Assembly: GCF_036321535.1 (NCBI RefSeq)
Contig: NC_087438.1
Coordinates: 6,326,001 to 6,390,000, forward strand
Direction: 5' to 3'
Origin: Camelus dromedarius
Taxonomy: Eukaryota
DNA: 64,000 nt
The notes below the pieces were generated by a model. The model saw only the letters and a program-made list of their open reading frames with translations, was not told where the DNA came from and did not search any database. Below are positions 25,486 through 38,344 of this stretch, piece after piece. The translations under genes and the position numbers were made by a program. How positions within the stretch are numbered: position 1 is the first letter of the stretch; each line of letters starts with the position of its first letter.

Positions 25486-27598
25486 AAAATGGTACTTTAG
25501 AAATAATAAAGGTTTGAATTAAGGGAATAAGTATTCATGGAACAATTGAAATAAATGGTTAGTAGAGGTGGCAGAGGGTTCAAGCCTACAGGATGGGGTA
25601 TCTGAGTAAGAGCGAGAGAGAAGACCAGAGAAGCAGCAGATCTGTAATGCACTGCAATGGAAGCCAAGTGAAAATAAAGTAATATATTTCATCCTAGAAA
25701 GAACAGTAGAAGCCTTGAAGCTGAATGGTATTTCCAGGGAGGCAACAGAGAATTAGAACAGCCATAGCAAGGGCAGAGCAGAGCAACAGCCTCACGGGAG
25801 GGGCAGGCAGACTACATGGAGGAAGGAAGCAGAGGAGGACCACAGAGGGAGGTGAGGAGCCAGAGGAGATGGTGTTCCACAAACCAAGATCCCCTGCGAT
25901 GCTGATCCTATCTTTGTAGAGAGAACTGAGCAACTATTTGCATATAAGATTCCGTCACTTACAGAACTCCACTCGGAAAAGGAGTTACCATTTGCCATTT
26001 TGCCTCCTGCCCTGAGAAGACCTTCAAAGGAATAACTTACAAAGTATCAGCACAGTCATAGACCAGACAATACGCCTCACCCTGGCTGGATTTCCAAGGA
26101 GAGAGATGGGAGTAGCAGGGAGAAGGACCCAGAAGGTGTCTGGGAAAGGCAGTTCGACTCAGCGGGGTGACGGCCAGCAGGGAAGTGCCATTCGAGCTGC
26201 AAGAAGCACCGTGAACCTCACCAGTATCGGAAGTCTACTTCACTTCGATTTTTAGATCATACTGACAAATAAAATTAACCAGCTTTCAAATGGCCATTGG
26301 CAGGTGTTCTCCAATTTGTGTTTATTCAAGTAAAGTCCAGGTGAGATAAAATAAAGGTATAACCAAACCGGATTCCCAAACCCAAGCTCTCAAACTGATT
26401 TAATTAGCACAGAAGGAAGTATCCTGGCTTCATTGCTTGTGGACGTTACACCCATGCTCTACCAGCTGAGTGCTTACAGCGTGTGCAATTGGACGGTAAG
26501 GATGCAGCCACGTGTGCTCAATACCAGCTTTCCTAAGAAATGTCTCCAAGGTTTGCCTTGATGGAACTCTACTAGAGCCAGATGAAAACAGAAGGCCATA
26601 CTGAATTTTGAATTTTAAAAGTCACATTCTGTAATCTTTGTCACCGTTACTTCTCGGGAGTTGTTCAGTGCTTAGCAGGTTTAGCTAAAATGGATCTGCA
26701 TTTTTTGGGATAGTTTTTCTAATATTCCATTTTCACATTTCAATGCCTTAGATGTAAAGGAGAAATCTGTCTGCTGGATCATTAAAAATGATATCCTTTA
26801 AAGCTAAATCTTATTCTGAATTAAAACTTGCAAAAGAAGATATTTCCTTCAAGAAGTATTAATCAGTGCTATAAGAGATAAATGAAAAGATCTAGAACCT
26901 GGATGTGACATGGAATTTGTAATTTATAGAGGTCCTCAAGTTAGAACCATCAAGCTAGTCTAAACAAACTTAAACACCATCTACATATCCAGCCACCAGG
27001 ATAATCCTCTGTGCGTTTGCCCCAAGTCTTTGAATAGGGCTGGGGTCAGGGCTCTCTTTAGGACGCCATGTACCCACGGTTGTTTCCCTGAAGGGATCTT
27101 CACTCACTGCAAACTCCCCTTCGCCTTGAGTTTAACAACCTGACTTGCGAGGCGTGGAAACTGCAGAAGAGTTCCATGCATGGCGTCTTCTCCTGTAACC
27201 CCAGCGTGGGATCTGAGTTAGTAGCATCTTGCTGTATATGCCATGACTGAATTTGTCCATAGGCAGTGGACTAACACAAAGGCAAAAAATCAGGTCTGCA
27301 GAACAAAAAAGTGAATCTGGGTAGGGCATGTTTGCTGGAGGGCTTGTGGTATACCATTATCAGAATCAGATCTGCAAACATAGAGACAGGATCAGAGGGC
27401 CAGGAAGCTCCTGCAGCCTGAGCGAAGGAAGGGGTGGGAGAGGGGGACGTGAGGGAAGGGCAGGAGCCCAGTCATGAACGCACGCAGAACTGACCCGGGC
27501 AAGCATGTTTCCGGAAGGCTGCACGGCCTAAAGGCCACAGACCTTGACCATAATTTCACCTCAGATCTTTCATTTATCTAAGTTGGTCTGCTTTATTT

Positions 27599-28334
27599 AT
27601 TTATTATTTATTTATTCATTCATTCATTTATTGAAGTATATTTGTTTTTTTACCATGTTGTGTCCATTTCTGGTGGGCAGCACAATGCTTCAGTCATACA
27701 TGAACATACATGTATTCGTCTTCATATTACTTTTCATTATAGGGTTACTACAAGATATCGAACATAGTTCCCTGTGCTCTACAGTATAAACTTGTTATTT
27801 ATCTACTTTATATATCGTAGTCAGTATCTACAAATCTTGAACTCCAAATTTATCCCTCCCTACCCGCCTCCCCTCTGGTGACCATAAGTTTGTTTTCTAT
27901 GTTTATGAGTCTGTTCCTGTTTTATATATAAGTTCACCTGTATCTTTTTAGATTCCACATATAAGTGATATACGGTTTTTTTCTTTCTCCTTCTGGTTTA
28001 CTTCACTTAGAATGATGATCTCCAGGTCCATATACGTTGCTGCAGATGGCATTATTTTGTTCTTTCTTACAACTGAGTAGTATTCCATTGTATAATTACA
28101 CCACAACTTCTTTATCCACTCATCCATAGACAGACATTTAGGTTGCTTGCATGTCTTGGCTGTTACAAATAGTGCTTCTATGAACACTGAGGTGCATGTA
28201 TCTTTTCAAATTAGAATTCCCTCCAGATATATGCCCAAGAGTGGGATTGCTGGAGTATATGGTAAGTCTATTTTTAGTTTTTTAAGGAATCTCCATACTG
28301 TTTTCCATAATGGCTGCACCAAACTACATTTCCA
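27599..28334 (-). mobile_element. 5'-truncated L1 (end of ORF2 and 3' UTR)
   Basis: Homologous to the 18.4-kb copy. Diverged TSD taagttggtctgctttattt (27579) / taaactggtctgttttattt (28335). ORF 27948..28187 is the L1 ORF2 C-terminus. Confidence 0.93.
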
Positions 28335-28453
28335 TAAACTGGTCTGTTTTATTTTGATTTAGATTCTGTTTGAACATGTTGTTTGCAATAGAAATCATCA
28401 AATATTTTAATCCAGTGGGCATGTTTTAAATAGTAATAGAACAAGTTGCTCAT

Positions 28454-28800
28454 TGCTGTGGACTGAGTGTGTGTCCTCCCAAATGTCATGTCAAAGCCCT
28501 AATCATCAAAGCAATGACATTTGGAGGTCAGGACTTTGGGAGGTGACCAGGTCAAGAGGATGGAGCCCCATGATGGGATCGGTGCCCTTATAAGAAGAGA
28601 CAGGAGAGAGAGGACCGTGTGAGGACACAGCAAGAAGACGGCCATCTGCAAACCACGAACAGAGCCCTCACCAGGAAACAAACCGGCTGGCACCTTGAGC
28701 TTGGACTTTCCAGCCTCCAAAACTGCACGGAATAAATGTCTCTTGTTTGAGGTGCCCAGTCCGTGGTACTTCATTACAGCAGCCTGAGCTGACTGAGATA
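28454..28800 (+). mobile_element. MLT1A-like LTR
   Basis: tgctgtggactgagtgtgtgtcc...gccatctgcaaacca...ttggactttccagcctcc...gactgagata. Confidence 0.85.
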
Positions 28801-29559
28801 ATTGTCAAAATTAAAGTAGAAGGGTCACCAGAAATCATCAGAAGCTCACTATAAATCCTCATAAACACAATGGAAACAAACGTGACCTTCCCAAGGCCTT
28901 GGTAGTGGACTAGCTCAGAATTCTCAGGTTGAGGCCGCAGGCTGCTCTGCACTGACCTGCCCAGACCTGCTCAGGGCCAGCCCATCCCCCTCACCATCCC
29001 CCCTCCAAGTACTGATGAGGAACTCAACAGCCTCTTAGAATTCCAACAGGACTCTATTCTCTGCACATCAACCAGAACATTTATGGGAAAAAAGAGAAAA
29101 AACTAGGAAAAACTTTGGAAAGGTCCGTTTCATTCATTCCTCAACCCATCACATGGTAGGCTCACTGCTGTGGGGCATTAGGATAAAAATGGCAGGAAAA
29201 GAGTCCTGGTTCCTCTGCTCTCTAGTGAGCAAGACAGACACTGTGATGGTAATTCCTTGTCTGCTCTTAAAACAAACAACAGACTTGAAGTTCCGTCCCC
29301 AAGGCAACCAGGTCCATCTTCTCCAGGTCTTCCCCGAATACCTCTGGAAGCCTTGCTCATAGTAGCTATTTCCACCCAGCTTCCTCTGTGCTCCCTCCCT
29401 GTCCCCCTACTCTTCCCTCAAATGGAACTTTGGAGGCACCAGTGGCCTCCTTTGGTGATTCAGTGGTTACGTTTCGGTCCTGACTTGACCTGACCACACA
29501 GCGGCCCCGGCCACAGCTGCCCACTCCTGCCTCTGGCACGCTGGCTGCTTCCCTCCTCG

Positions 29560-29870
29560 TGTAAGGCCAGCTGTTCCTCCGAAATCAGCTCTCAGCTTAA
29601 CCATCACCTCCTAGGAGAGTCCAACCTTGCCGGCCAAGCACAGGAGGCTCCCTGGCTCTCACTGCCACCTCCCTCTATTCACACCCACTGCATAAGCTTG
29701 TCATCTCCTCTCTCAGAGTTTTCTTAGTGCTGGCTTCTTATCGGTTGTCCCCACTGGCCTGTAAGGTTCAGCAGAGCCAAACTGCCTGTCTGTTCACCAT
29801 CTTACTCATCAGTGCTCAGATGGACCACAAGATAGGAAAACCTTAGTAAATCTCAGTAATTTCATCAATA
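29560..29870 (+). mobile_element. L2 3' fragment
   Basis: ctcagcttaaccatcacctcct...cccactggcctgtaagg...tgtctgttcacc...cttagtaaat. Confidence 0.55.
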
Positions 29871-30658
29871 AAATTAACCAGCTGATGGATATAAGATATT
29901 ATTAACAACAATGAAAATTGTATTCTATGCAAAGGTGCCAATTACACCAAACACTGGACAGAGGACGTGGAGGTGAGGTGGACTTCACAAAGAGGGAGCT
30001 CTGTAGGGGAGGACCTGAAGGCAAGAAAAAGCTGGGCAAGTTTGTGAAACTAAGACACAGCCATGAGGCTGGCCTCAGACACCCAGTGCTGTTCCTATAA
30101 TGAACTAAGATGGCACCTGCCTTCAACAGGCGAGTTACTATGGAAACCAGATGGGTCTAGTTGTCACTGATAATTGGGTCAGCATTGTTTCCTGTGTTTT
30201 CTATAAAATATTTTGTTATTTATGCCCATAGACATATTCTTCGGAATGCTTCTCCATACCGTCCTACAATAGGAATTTCTTGCTGTGAACACTGTTTTTA
30301 AACCAATCGGAAATCATATGATAATCCCAGGATAGAATTTCACCCAGCGAGCTCCTCTAACAAATTTCACTGTCTTAAATTATCCAAATGAAAAGGGTCT
30401 TGCCAAGAAAAGACTTACGTGTGGTTAAGAAACAATAGTTAAGAAGTCAGGCACTGCCTTTCCAATTAAAATTATGACTAACACAGTTTAAAAAAGAGAA
30501 TGAAATTATTTCCAGAGGATGTTGAAGATGAGGGAGCCCGATGGGCTTTGCGGCTTGGAGGAAAGAGGACAGACCCAAAGCATGATCGAGTGTTTGGAAT
30601 GTAAAAAGTGAAATCAGACGATGGTCAAAGACTTCTCCAAGGAAGGGCAAGCTCCTAC

Positions 30659-30863
30659 CTGTGGCCAAATAGATGATGTGGACCAGCGCGTCCCTGCCCT
30701 GCACCACGTCGACAGCCACGTGGGAGAAGCGGCTGTTGTCCTCCATGAAGGCGGGCACTGCGGTCACTGGCTGTACCACCTCATGCATCAGAATGAACTT
30801 CTGAGCATCCTGCAGGTTCCTTTCCGTCAGGTTCACGTACAGGCCCTGGTCCATGGTGCCACA
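30659..30863 (-). CDS. SEMA5A: Semaphorin-5A exon (205 bp, phase 0-1; approx. exon 11), CGTMDQGLYVNLTERNLQDAQKFILMHEVVQP...VHIIYLAT
   Basis: Lies within ORF 30447..30908. Acceptor tctgcag, donor GTAGGA. Phases are compatible with both neighbours. Confidence 0.97.
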
Positions 30864-31473
30864 CTGCAGAGGAAGACAGGCCGTCACCAGAGCCAGCCCC
30901 CTGCACACCCACAGTTGACCGTGGCCACCCCAGCTGGAGGCTGACTTGGAATCTTAATGACTGGAGTGCACAAACATGCCTGCTTCTCCATTTCCCTTGA
31001 AAGCTCCTGTCATTGGAGTCTCTCTTATTGCAGATCTGAACTCACTATATTTGGAGAGTCTCTTGACTCCATCATAAAAGAATGATCAGAAGTTTAAAAA
31101 ACGAAAGTAGAAGCCATTGCTAACTTGAATTTAAACAGTCTCCTCAGCACCTGTTGAGCCCCTTGAGAGCTGTCTGGCTAAATGCAGGCTATTCTATCTG
31201 TCAGATAAACCAGGTTCGCACACTGGAAATGCAGCCAACGCATCACGTAGATTTACTAGTTTTCCTTGGAACGAATGGCAGGTCTTTAAGTAAGGTCTGG
31301 ACTCCAAGGAGATAGAACGAGGTCATGGTAATCTGTAAGCCATGCAGCCTTGCTCTGCTGCCTTTCACGTGGGCTGCAAAACACTAAGCTGGGCTCACTG
31401 CTCTGTGCTCATATTCTAAGCTAGAAGAAACAAAAAAATTTGTTTAGAGTCTAGCATCTGAGAACTAACACGG

Positions 31474-32038
31474 TGTAGGGGAGCAAAACTTGACACTCTG
31501 AAATGTCTCTCGGGCATGCGAGTTATTTCTAGCTGAAAACAATGAAGGCTGAAGAGATTCAGGAAAAAACTTTGCCCTTCCCCTTAACTGCTTAAAGAAA
31601 AAAAAATGAGGTAGAGGGTCTGCTCCTGGAATAGAGTACGTCCAGAAACATCTACAAAGAATACGGCCTGAGGGTGGTAGGGAAACTCGGCAGGGCCCAG
31701 GGATCAGGGTCCACGCTGTGTCTCACTGTCTCCTCCTGGGCCAGCAAGCATTTATTTACCAAACATTTGCTTTTCTATCTCTGGGTCAATTGCCTTCTTC
31801 CCCTTTGAAGACCCAAACTGCTACCCGCAAGGTCCTCTTTTATCTTTAGCTGAAGGTGAATTTGAGGTGAGGGCTTCAGTCATTTGGGGGAGTTAACTGG
31901 TTTTCCTGGTCTCTCCAATGCATACATGTTATTAAAATTTGTTTGCTTTTCCCCTGTTAATCTTTCTCATGTCAATTTAATTCTTCGACTGGTCAGAAGA
32001 ACCAAGAAGGAGAGAGAGAAATGTCTTCTTCCCCAACA
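31474..32038 (+). mobile_element. Solo ERV1 LTR (MER34-like)
   Basis: TGTAGGGGAG...CTTCCCCAACA inverted termini; attaaa signal; ttttcccctgttaatct U5 motif. Confidence 0.8.
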
Positions 32039-33571
32039 ATGATGAATTTGCAAGAAGAGAGGGGGCTAAGGAGACAGACGAAGTGAGGGAAGAAGGGAGG
32101 TGGCGGGGGGAGGAAGAAATCAGAAGGAAATGGGCAGGAGGGGGCGTCTCGGGTCAGAAGTAGCATGAAGAGAAATCTGGGAGACACAGGGGAAATCAGG
32201 CCTGGGAATTGCTGAGAATTCAATTCAGAGCTGCGTTGTAGGGAGGCTGGCAGGTGTTCCACAGGATGGTTTTGGGCAAAGATGAGGTAAAAAGGGGGAT
32301 AGGAAAGCCAGCCGAGCTTTCCTGGGGCAGAGTGCAGAATCAGAAAATTCGCACCAACCGCTCCCATTTCTTTCATAGACTTTAAGTCCTGGTACCAATA
32401 AAGGCTGATCCTCAGAGCTTCATCTAAGTAGGTTTAGTGGAAACGAATTCCCTGTCCATAGCATCTGAAACTCCTTTTATAACATGTCATTTCCAGTACT
32501 TGCTCTTATAATCGGTTAGAGGTGCAGAAGTAGATGGAAAAGGCTTTTGTGAAACAGCCGGTACTCCTGACGCACTGGGTACAGTGCCTCCCACGCCAGG
32601 AAACGACAGCACGACTGTCGAATCAAAGACTCTTGCAGCGAAATGCATTCTGAAACTGGTCCAGTGCTCGGTTTAATGTCACATCCTGGCAGGGGCGGCC
32701 TGGGTGCCAGGCAGTGGGAAGGTCAGGTGAAGACGAAGGATGCGGCTCTGTGACCCGGAGCCACGTGGCCTCAGGTGAGGCCCTGCCTCTCAGCCTGTCT
32801 CTTGACCCATCAAGTGTCTAGAAAATACCTCCCCTGCTCACTGCGCAGGGCGGCTGTGAGGCCAACGGGGACTCTCAGTGGAGAGCATCTGTACATGAAT
32901 CACACGTGCTTGCACATGCCGAGGAGCAAGGCTGTGCGCCTGGCACAGAGAAACCATTCAAACAACAGTAAATGGTCAGTGTGTCCTCATGGAAGCAGCA
33001 ATTCTATGGTCCATTGAGCCACAGAGGCTAAAGGGAATGAATGAATAGATAAAGACAGGAAGGAATCAATGGATGAACACACGGCAGTTGTGTCGGGGGG
33101 TGGGGTGGGCTGTGTCAGGAGATTTAATGTCATTAACATATTTAATAGCAACACTTGGCAGACAGAGCACTGCCTGTTAACAAATGTGTTACGAAGTGGA
33201 AGCTCTACCAGACTTGGTCTGAAGCCGATCCAGGTGAGTTCTAGTTCTGAGGGCGACAGTGTTTGGCTGTTTCCTCATCCTGGAGCCAGCAGCAGTATTT
33301 CAGGCCCAGGTGGCATTCAGCAGTCTGCCTGCTGGGTGAAGTTTTGGACATGGGTTTTGCTTTCTACGCACAGTGTTTTTTGTTTTTTTTAAATTGACAT
33401 CATAGAAATCAGGAGACATAATATAAAACTGAGGACCTCTGGCTGCTCTTAAGGACGCTGGGGACCTGGGATACTTGGAGGCCTGGGTGGGCCGGGACTG
33501 CCTGGCAAGACCCCTTGTGGTTTTTCACTCCTGGACCCCCTGTCTTATAAGTCAGCAACCTCAACTGTCAC

Positions 33572-34335
33572 TGTGATGTTGTGATTTGTAATAAGAAATA
33601 AATATTTGGTCTTCATCCCTGTTCTGTCACCGAGCTCTTAAAACCCTTGAAATTTCCTAAGTGATGACAGTAGTAAAGATGTCTTTTGTTACGGCAATGA
33701 GGCGACTTTTGGAAAGCACCTAAGGATCGGGGCTGGTTTCCAGGGGACCCAACCATGTGATTAGAGGGCTGGAACTTTCAGTCCCAGTACCCTGACATCC
33801 AGGGGGGAGAAAGGTGCTAGTGGTTGAATCCATCTCCAATGGTCAATGATTGAATCGATCTTGCCTGTGTAACAAAGCCTCCAGGAAAACCAGAAGGACG
33901 GAGCTGTGAGCTGCCAGGTTGGTGAACACATGGAAATTCAGGGAGTGTGTCCAGCTCAGAGAGAGCTCCATGCTCTTTCCCCAGACCTTGCCCTTTGCAT
34001 CTCTTCCATCTGGCTGTTTCTGAGTTATTTCCCTTATAATAAACCAGCGATCTAGTAAGTAAAATGTTTCTGAGTTCCATGAGCCAATTAATGAAATTAA
34101 AGAGGGGGGTCATCGGAACCATAGGGCAGAAGCATGGGTGCCAACCTGGACTTGAAGCTAACATCTGAAGTGAGGGTCAGGGAGAGTCTTGCAGGACTGA
34201 GCCCTTAACCTGTGGGATCTGATGCTGTCTCTGGGGAAACAGTGTCAGAACTGAGTTGAATCATAGGACGCACAGCTGGCGTTGGAGAATTGCTTGGTGT
34301 TGTGAGAAAAAACCCTATAGGTTGGAACTGAGTGA
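33572..34335 (+). mobile_element. MER21-like LTR
   Basis: tgtgatgttgtgatttgtaataagaaata...gtgattagagggctggaactttcag...aataaaccag...cttaacctgtgggatctgatgct. Confidence 0.8.
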
Positions 34336-36038
34336 CAAAATTGCCAGCCAAGGACTGGTTTTAAAGTATACTTTACGATGGCCTGGTTTCTCTAACCAGC
34401 TTATGATGAACATCTCACCCAAGGACTCTTTTTCAAATATTTTGAAGGCTATTTAAATTTATAGCGTACATTCATTAGCTCACAAGGAACCCACCTCGCT
34501 CTCTAATGGGCTGCAAATTCTCTAGCTGTGCCTTGTACAGTGGGCTCCCGCAGTGTCTGTGTGACACCCTGGGGACTCTGGGCAAGAGGAAAACAGTAAA
34601 AATAGTAAAAACATAGCCATCGTGCTCGTGTGGCTCACAATCCATAACGGTGTCTTGCTAACGCCTCTGAAAATCATAGGATCAATACTTCTACTAATTC
34701 TTGGACAGTGAGACTTGCATTCTTGTTTGCTTGTTTCAGGGACCACTGATCCACCCTTGTCCTAGACCACCAGCGAGCTAGGTGGCAAATCTGCGGTCAC
34801 AGCCTCACACTGGGAGCGCCAACTGTGACGGCACCTTCCTCCTGTCTTGCTACAAACACGCACTGCACACCAGATGGTGCGGACAGCTCGGCCAAGCCCC
34901 TTCATTCGGCCTTCCAGCAATGGCTTCCTCGTCTGCTTGACCACGTCTAAGGGTCTGTTTTCCATTTCAGCTCCATCATTTCTGATTCGCACTAATCAAA
35001 ACTGCACAGAAAACTCCAGAGTCTGTCCCACGGCAGCCGTGCTGCTGGGTCTGGATAATGTTTTCCGATAGTGATGGACGGTTGTCCTGCTGGGTGAGAC
35101 AAGAAAGTCTGGACGACTTTGGGGGACTGCAGCCTTTAACAGGGCAGACTTTTACAGCACCTGCTACCGTGGTTGCTATATTGTAACTGACAAAATTAAT
35201 GGGTTTTATTCTGTTTTGTTACTGTTTTCAATAGAGATTTCTGCGTTAAATCTTGAAAAAATGATGCACTGTTCCTCTTAACCCTTTCTTCTTCCTGAAC
35301 CTGAATCACATATCTGCTCCGATAATTAATTAGCTGCTCCTAGTATGCAAGAACTGCATAGAATTCCAAATGTTAGTAGGCAAACAATAATAAAAAAGAA
35401 TCAAAGCACTTTCCATTGTTGGTTATTGCAAACATAAGGCCCTTTAAACAGAACCAGTGGAGGGATCCTTAATTGAAAACACATTCCCACTCTTTTCCAG
35501 CCTAGACGGTCTCACGGAAGTCAGTAGGGTCGCCTTATGTTAGCAAGGTTATCAAATATGCTAAACAAAAAGAAAACACTTGGTACCTATTTGCACCAGG
35601 AGTTATAGAAAGAATCACCATAATCCACAACTTAGCTTCCAAGGAAATCTTAAATTCTACCCGAAGAAGACAAGCTCAGCTGAGCAAGCTTCCTGTCTGA
35701 AATGCACGCCACATCCTGAGGGATTCACTGATTCCACTGCAGGGCCCGACTCCCAGCTCACAAACGTGAGTAAGCCCTTCAGTGTGACGCTGGCATTGTA
35801 AGACCAGATGGCTATGGCCGTAGGAAATGAGGGGATTTGCTGTGTGAGACAAATACATCCAGGCTGAAAGTTATCCACTGCCTGGAGGAGGTCAGGCATC
35901 GCAAAGTTTATTAAATTACTGTTCACTGTGAAGACTTTTGCAATAGAAACATCAAGACGCTAAAAGAACACTATAAATAGAGCGAGCACCTTTGTTAATT
36001 GCTTTTTAACCTTCAGGATTTTACAACGGGCTTTCTTT

Positions 36039-36263
36039 TTAATTCTTATTTTTTTTATTGAAGTGTAGTCAATTTATAAGGTTAGTTTCATGTGTACAGC
36101 AAAGTGATCCATTTATAAATACACGTATATATTTCAGATTATTTTCCATTATATGTTATTATAAGAAATTGAATATAGTTCCTTGTGCTATATGGTAGGT
36201 CCTTGTTGTTTATCTGTTTTATACGTAATATGTATCTATTAATCCCAAACTCCTAGTCTATCC
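36039..36263 (-). mobile_element. L1 3'-end fragment
   Basis: Homologous to the other L1 ends. Diverged TSD ttacaacgggctttctt (36021) / ttacaacgaaccttctt (36264). Confidence 0.85.
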
Positions 36264-36949
36264 TTACAACGAACCTTCTTAAACAGTTAAATTTTACCCC
36301 AAGATTCAGGGACCCGGGTAGGCTGAGATGCAGAGACTCAACAAAGGGGAAATAGAGCTGGTGTTCAGCTAATAATTACATGAACCGCACATGTCAGCAG
36401 GAAACGTGACTGCTTCACATCTCGCTCCCACTCAGCTGTTGGCTTACCTGAACTGCTTTGTCCAGCACTGAACTTTCTTCCTAGTAAGGCTTGGATAATA
36501 AATATAAATCTGATCACACAGTTTCCTGACTTATAAGCAGGGCTAATGACGCCCCATTTTATAGAACTGCTGAGAGGAGAAACTAAGACAAAGCACATAA
36601 AACAGATATTCCTAAAATAGCCCCCCTTCCTCACTTTACTGATAAGAACGTGAGATGGGAGAGGCCAAGCAATTCACTCAGGTAAAGCAGTAACCCCTCC
36701 CAATTCCCAACCCCATGGTCTTCAGGGGAAAAAAAAAAATCAAAACAGTTAGAACTGAATAGCCCTGGCCGAAGTCCAATAAAGTGTAAAATAACTGAAC
36801 TTTTCCATGCTCCCAGCTTTCTCACAAGCCAGAGATTTTATGTGTTAGGATGATAAACCAACCAGAGTGTGGAGGCCTGGCTACAGGACCGAGTTTGAGC
36901 AGTGACTAGTTATGGTAACTAAAGTGCTTCTCATTGGAAGAGGTTAGGG

Positions 36950-37165
36950 TTTTGCATCTGAGAACTGGGGTTGGGGTCCCAGCTCAGCCACTAATCAGCT
37001 AGTGTCCTTGGCCCGAGTTATGTGCTCTTAGGCTCAATGTCCTTCTGCGTCTGTGGGAGAAATAGTCACCAGTCAAGGCACTATTGTCAGAATGCAGCCT
37101 GGAGCGTGTGAAGCACTGACCCAGGGTCGGGAATGTGGTGGTGCTAAAACTTACATTTGATGGTG
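36950..37165 (+). mobile_element. MIR SINE followed by a (GAT)n tract
   Basis: tcccagctcagccactaatcagctagtgtccttggccc...gtgaagcact. Confidence 0.6.
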
Positions 37166-37234
37166 ATGATGATGATGATGGTGGCGATGACGCTATGAAA
37201 GTTCTTCTCAGAAGGAGGGCCCTCAAGGGAAGCC

Positions 37235-37558
37235 TGCTGTGACGCACGAATGCCTGTGTCTCCCCAAGATTCGTATGTTGAAACCCTCACCCTTAGGGTG
37301 GCTGTATTTGGAGATGGAGCCTCTAAGGAAGTACCTGAGGTTAAATGAGGTCATAAGGGTGGGGCCCTGACCTCTTAGGATTAGCGTCTCTCCTTGCTCA
37401 TTGGGGGAAAGCCTCATGAGGATACAGTGAGAAGGTGGCCCTCCACAAGCAAGGAAGGCAGTTCTCACCAGAAACTGAATTGGCCGGAACCTTGATCATG
37501 GACCTCTAGCCTCCAGAACTGTGCTATTTTGTTGCAGCAGCCTGAGCTCACTAATACA
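37235..37558 (+). mobile_element. MLT1/MST-type MaLR LTR
   Basis: gaatgcctgtgtctccccaagattcgtatgttgaaacc...accttgatcatggacctctagcctccagaactgtg...ctaataca. Confidence 0.85.
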
Positions 37559-38208
37559 TCTGCTGACCGACCACACACGAGTAAACTGCTTAATCTCTTT
37601 GCGTCTCAGCTTCTTCTAAACACGCGTAGATGGTAGTCGATGATGCACAGAGCCCCTGACAGCCTGAATGTGCTGCAGCTCTGCGATTTATGACTGAATA
37701 GCCGCCATCTGCTCTTCTTTACTCCTAGCTGCCCCATCGCATCTCGTTCACCCCAACAGGAAACCTCACCACATTCGCCAGTGAGAGCTCAGATTCTGTT
37801 TTTTTCACCTCCACTGCTCTGTGCCCTGGACCCCGCTCATTACAGTGTCATTCATCAGGAATCAGAGCGTCTGAGGACACGGAGTCCAGCATCATTAGTC
37901 CTAATTGAAGCTCGGATTCCCAACCTGCTGCATTATGCTAGCCTTTTTCAGTGCAGCCTCTGGCCTCACAGCTGACAAAAGGCCCTTTCTCGGTCCAGGC
38001 GCCTCAGTGGACAAAAGGCCTCGGTCTATTTACATGAGGCAAGCTGAGTGTGGGACCATCCACAAGGGGTGAGGGGGGCAGCAGCTCACAGCTGCATGCT
38101 GCATGCACCGGGAGTTTAAATTATCCCAGCCAGTCTGGCTACACAAGTTCTCCACATGCTAGCTGAAGGGCTGACCATGGAGGAGTGCCCCTTTGTCCCC
38201 AGAATTAC

Positions 38209-38344
38209 CTGGAAGTTGGGGTTGGGGTTGGGATATGGCAGCCAGGCAGACCGCGAGTTCTCCTGGTACTTGAAAGGTCCGTTAAAGGCCTGTGAGATGG
38301 CACTCAGGTTGAAGACACACACAGCTGAGGCAGCAATGCTATTC
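38209..38344 (-). CDS. SEMA5A: Semaphorin-5A exon (136 bp, phase 2-0; approx. exon 10), NSIAASAVCVFNLSAISQAFNGPFKYQENSRSAWLPYPNPNPNFQ
   Basis: Lies within ORF 38116..38565. Contains SAVC and GPFK motifs. Acceptor cttccag, donor GTAATT. Confidence 0.97.

Noticed and set aside
26268..29883. Exact 17-mer aataaaattaaccagct at 26268 and 29867
   Set aside because: AT-rich and does not extend; plausible by chance in 64 kb.
30447..30658. Reading frame stays open about 70 codons past the exon donor
   Set aside because: The intronic peptide is not semaphorin-like, a canonical donor is present and there is no evidence of intron retention.
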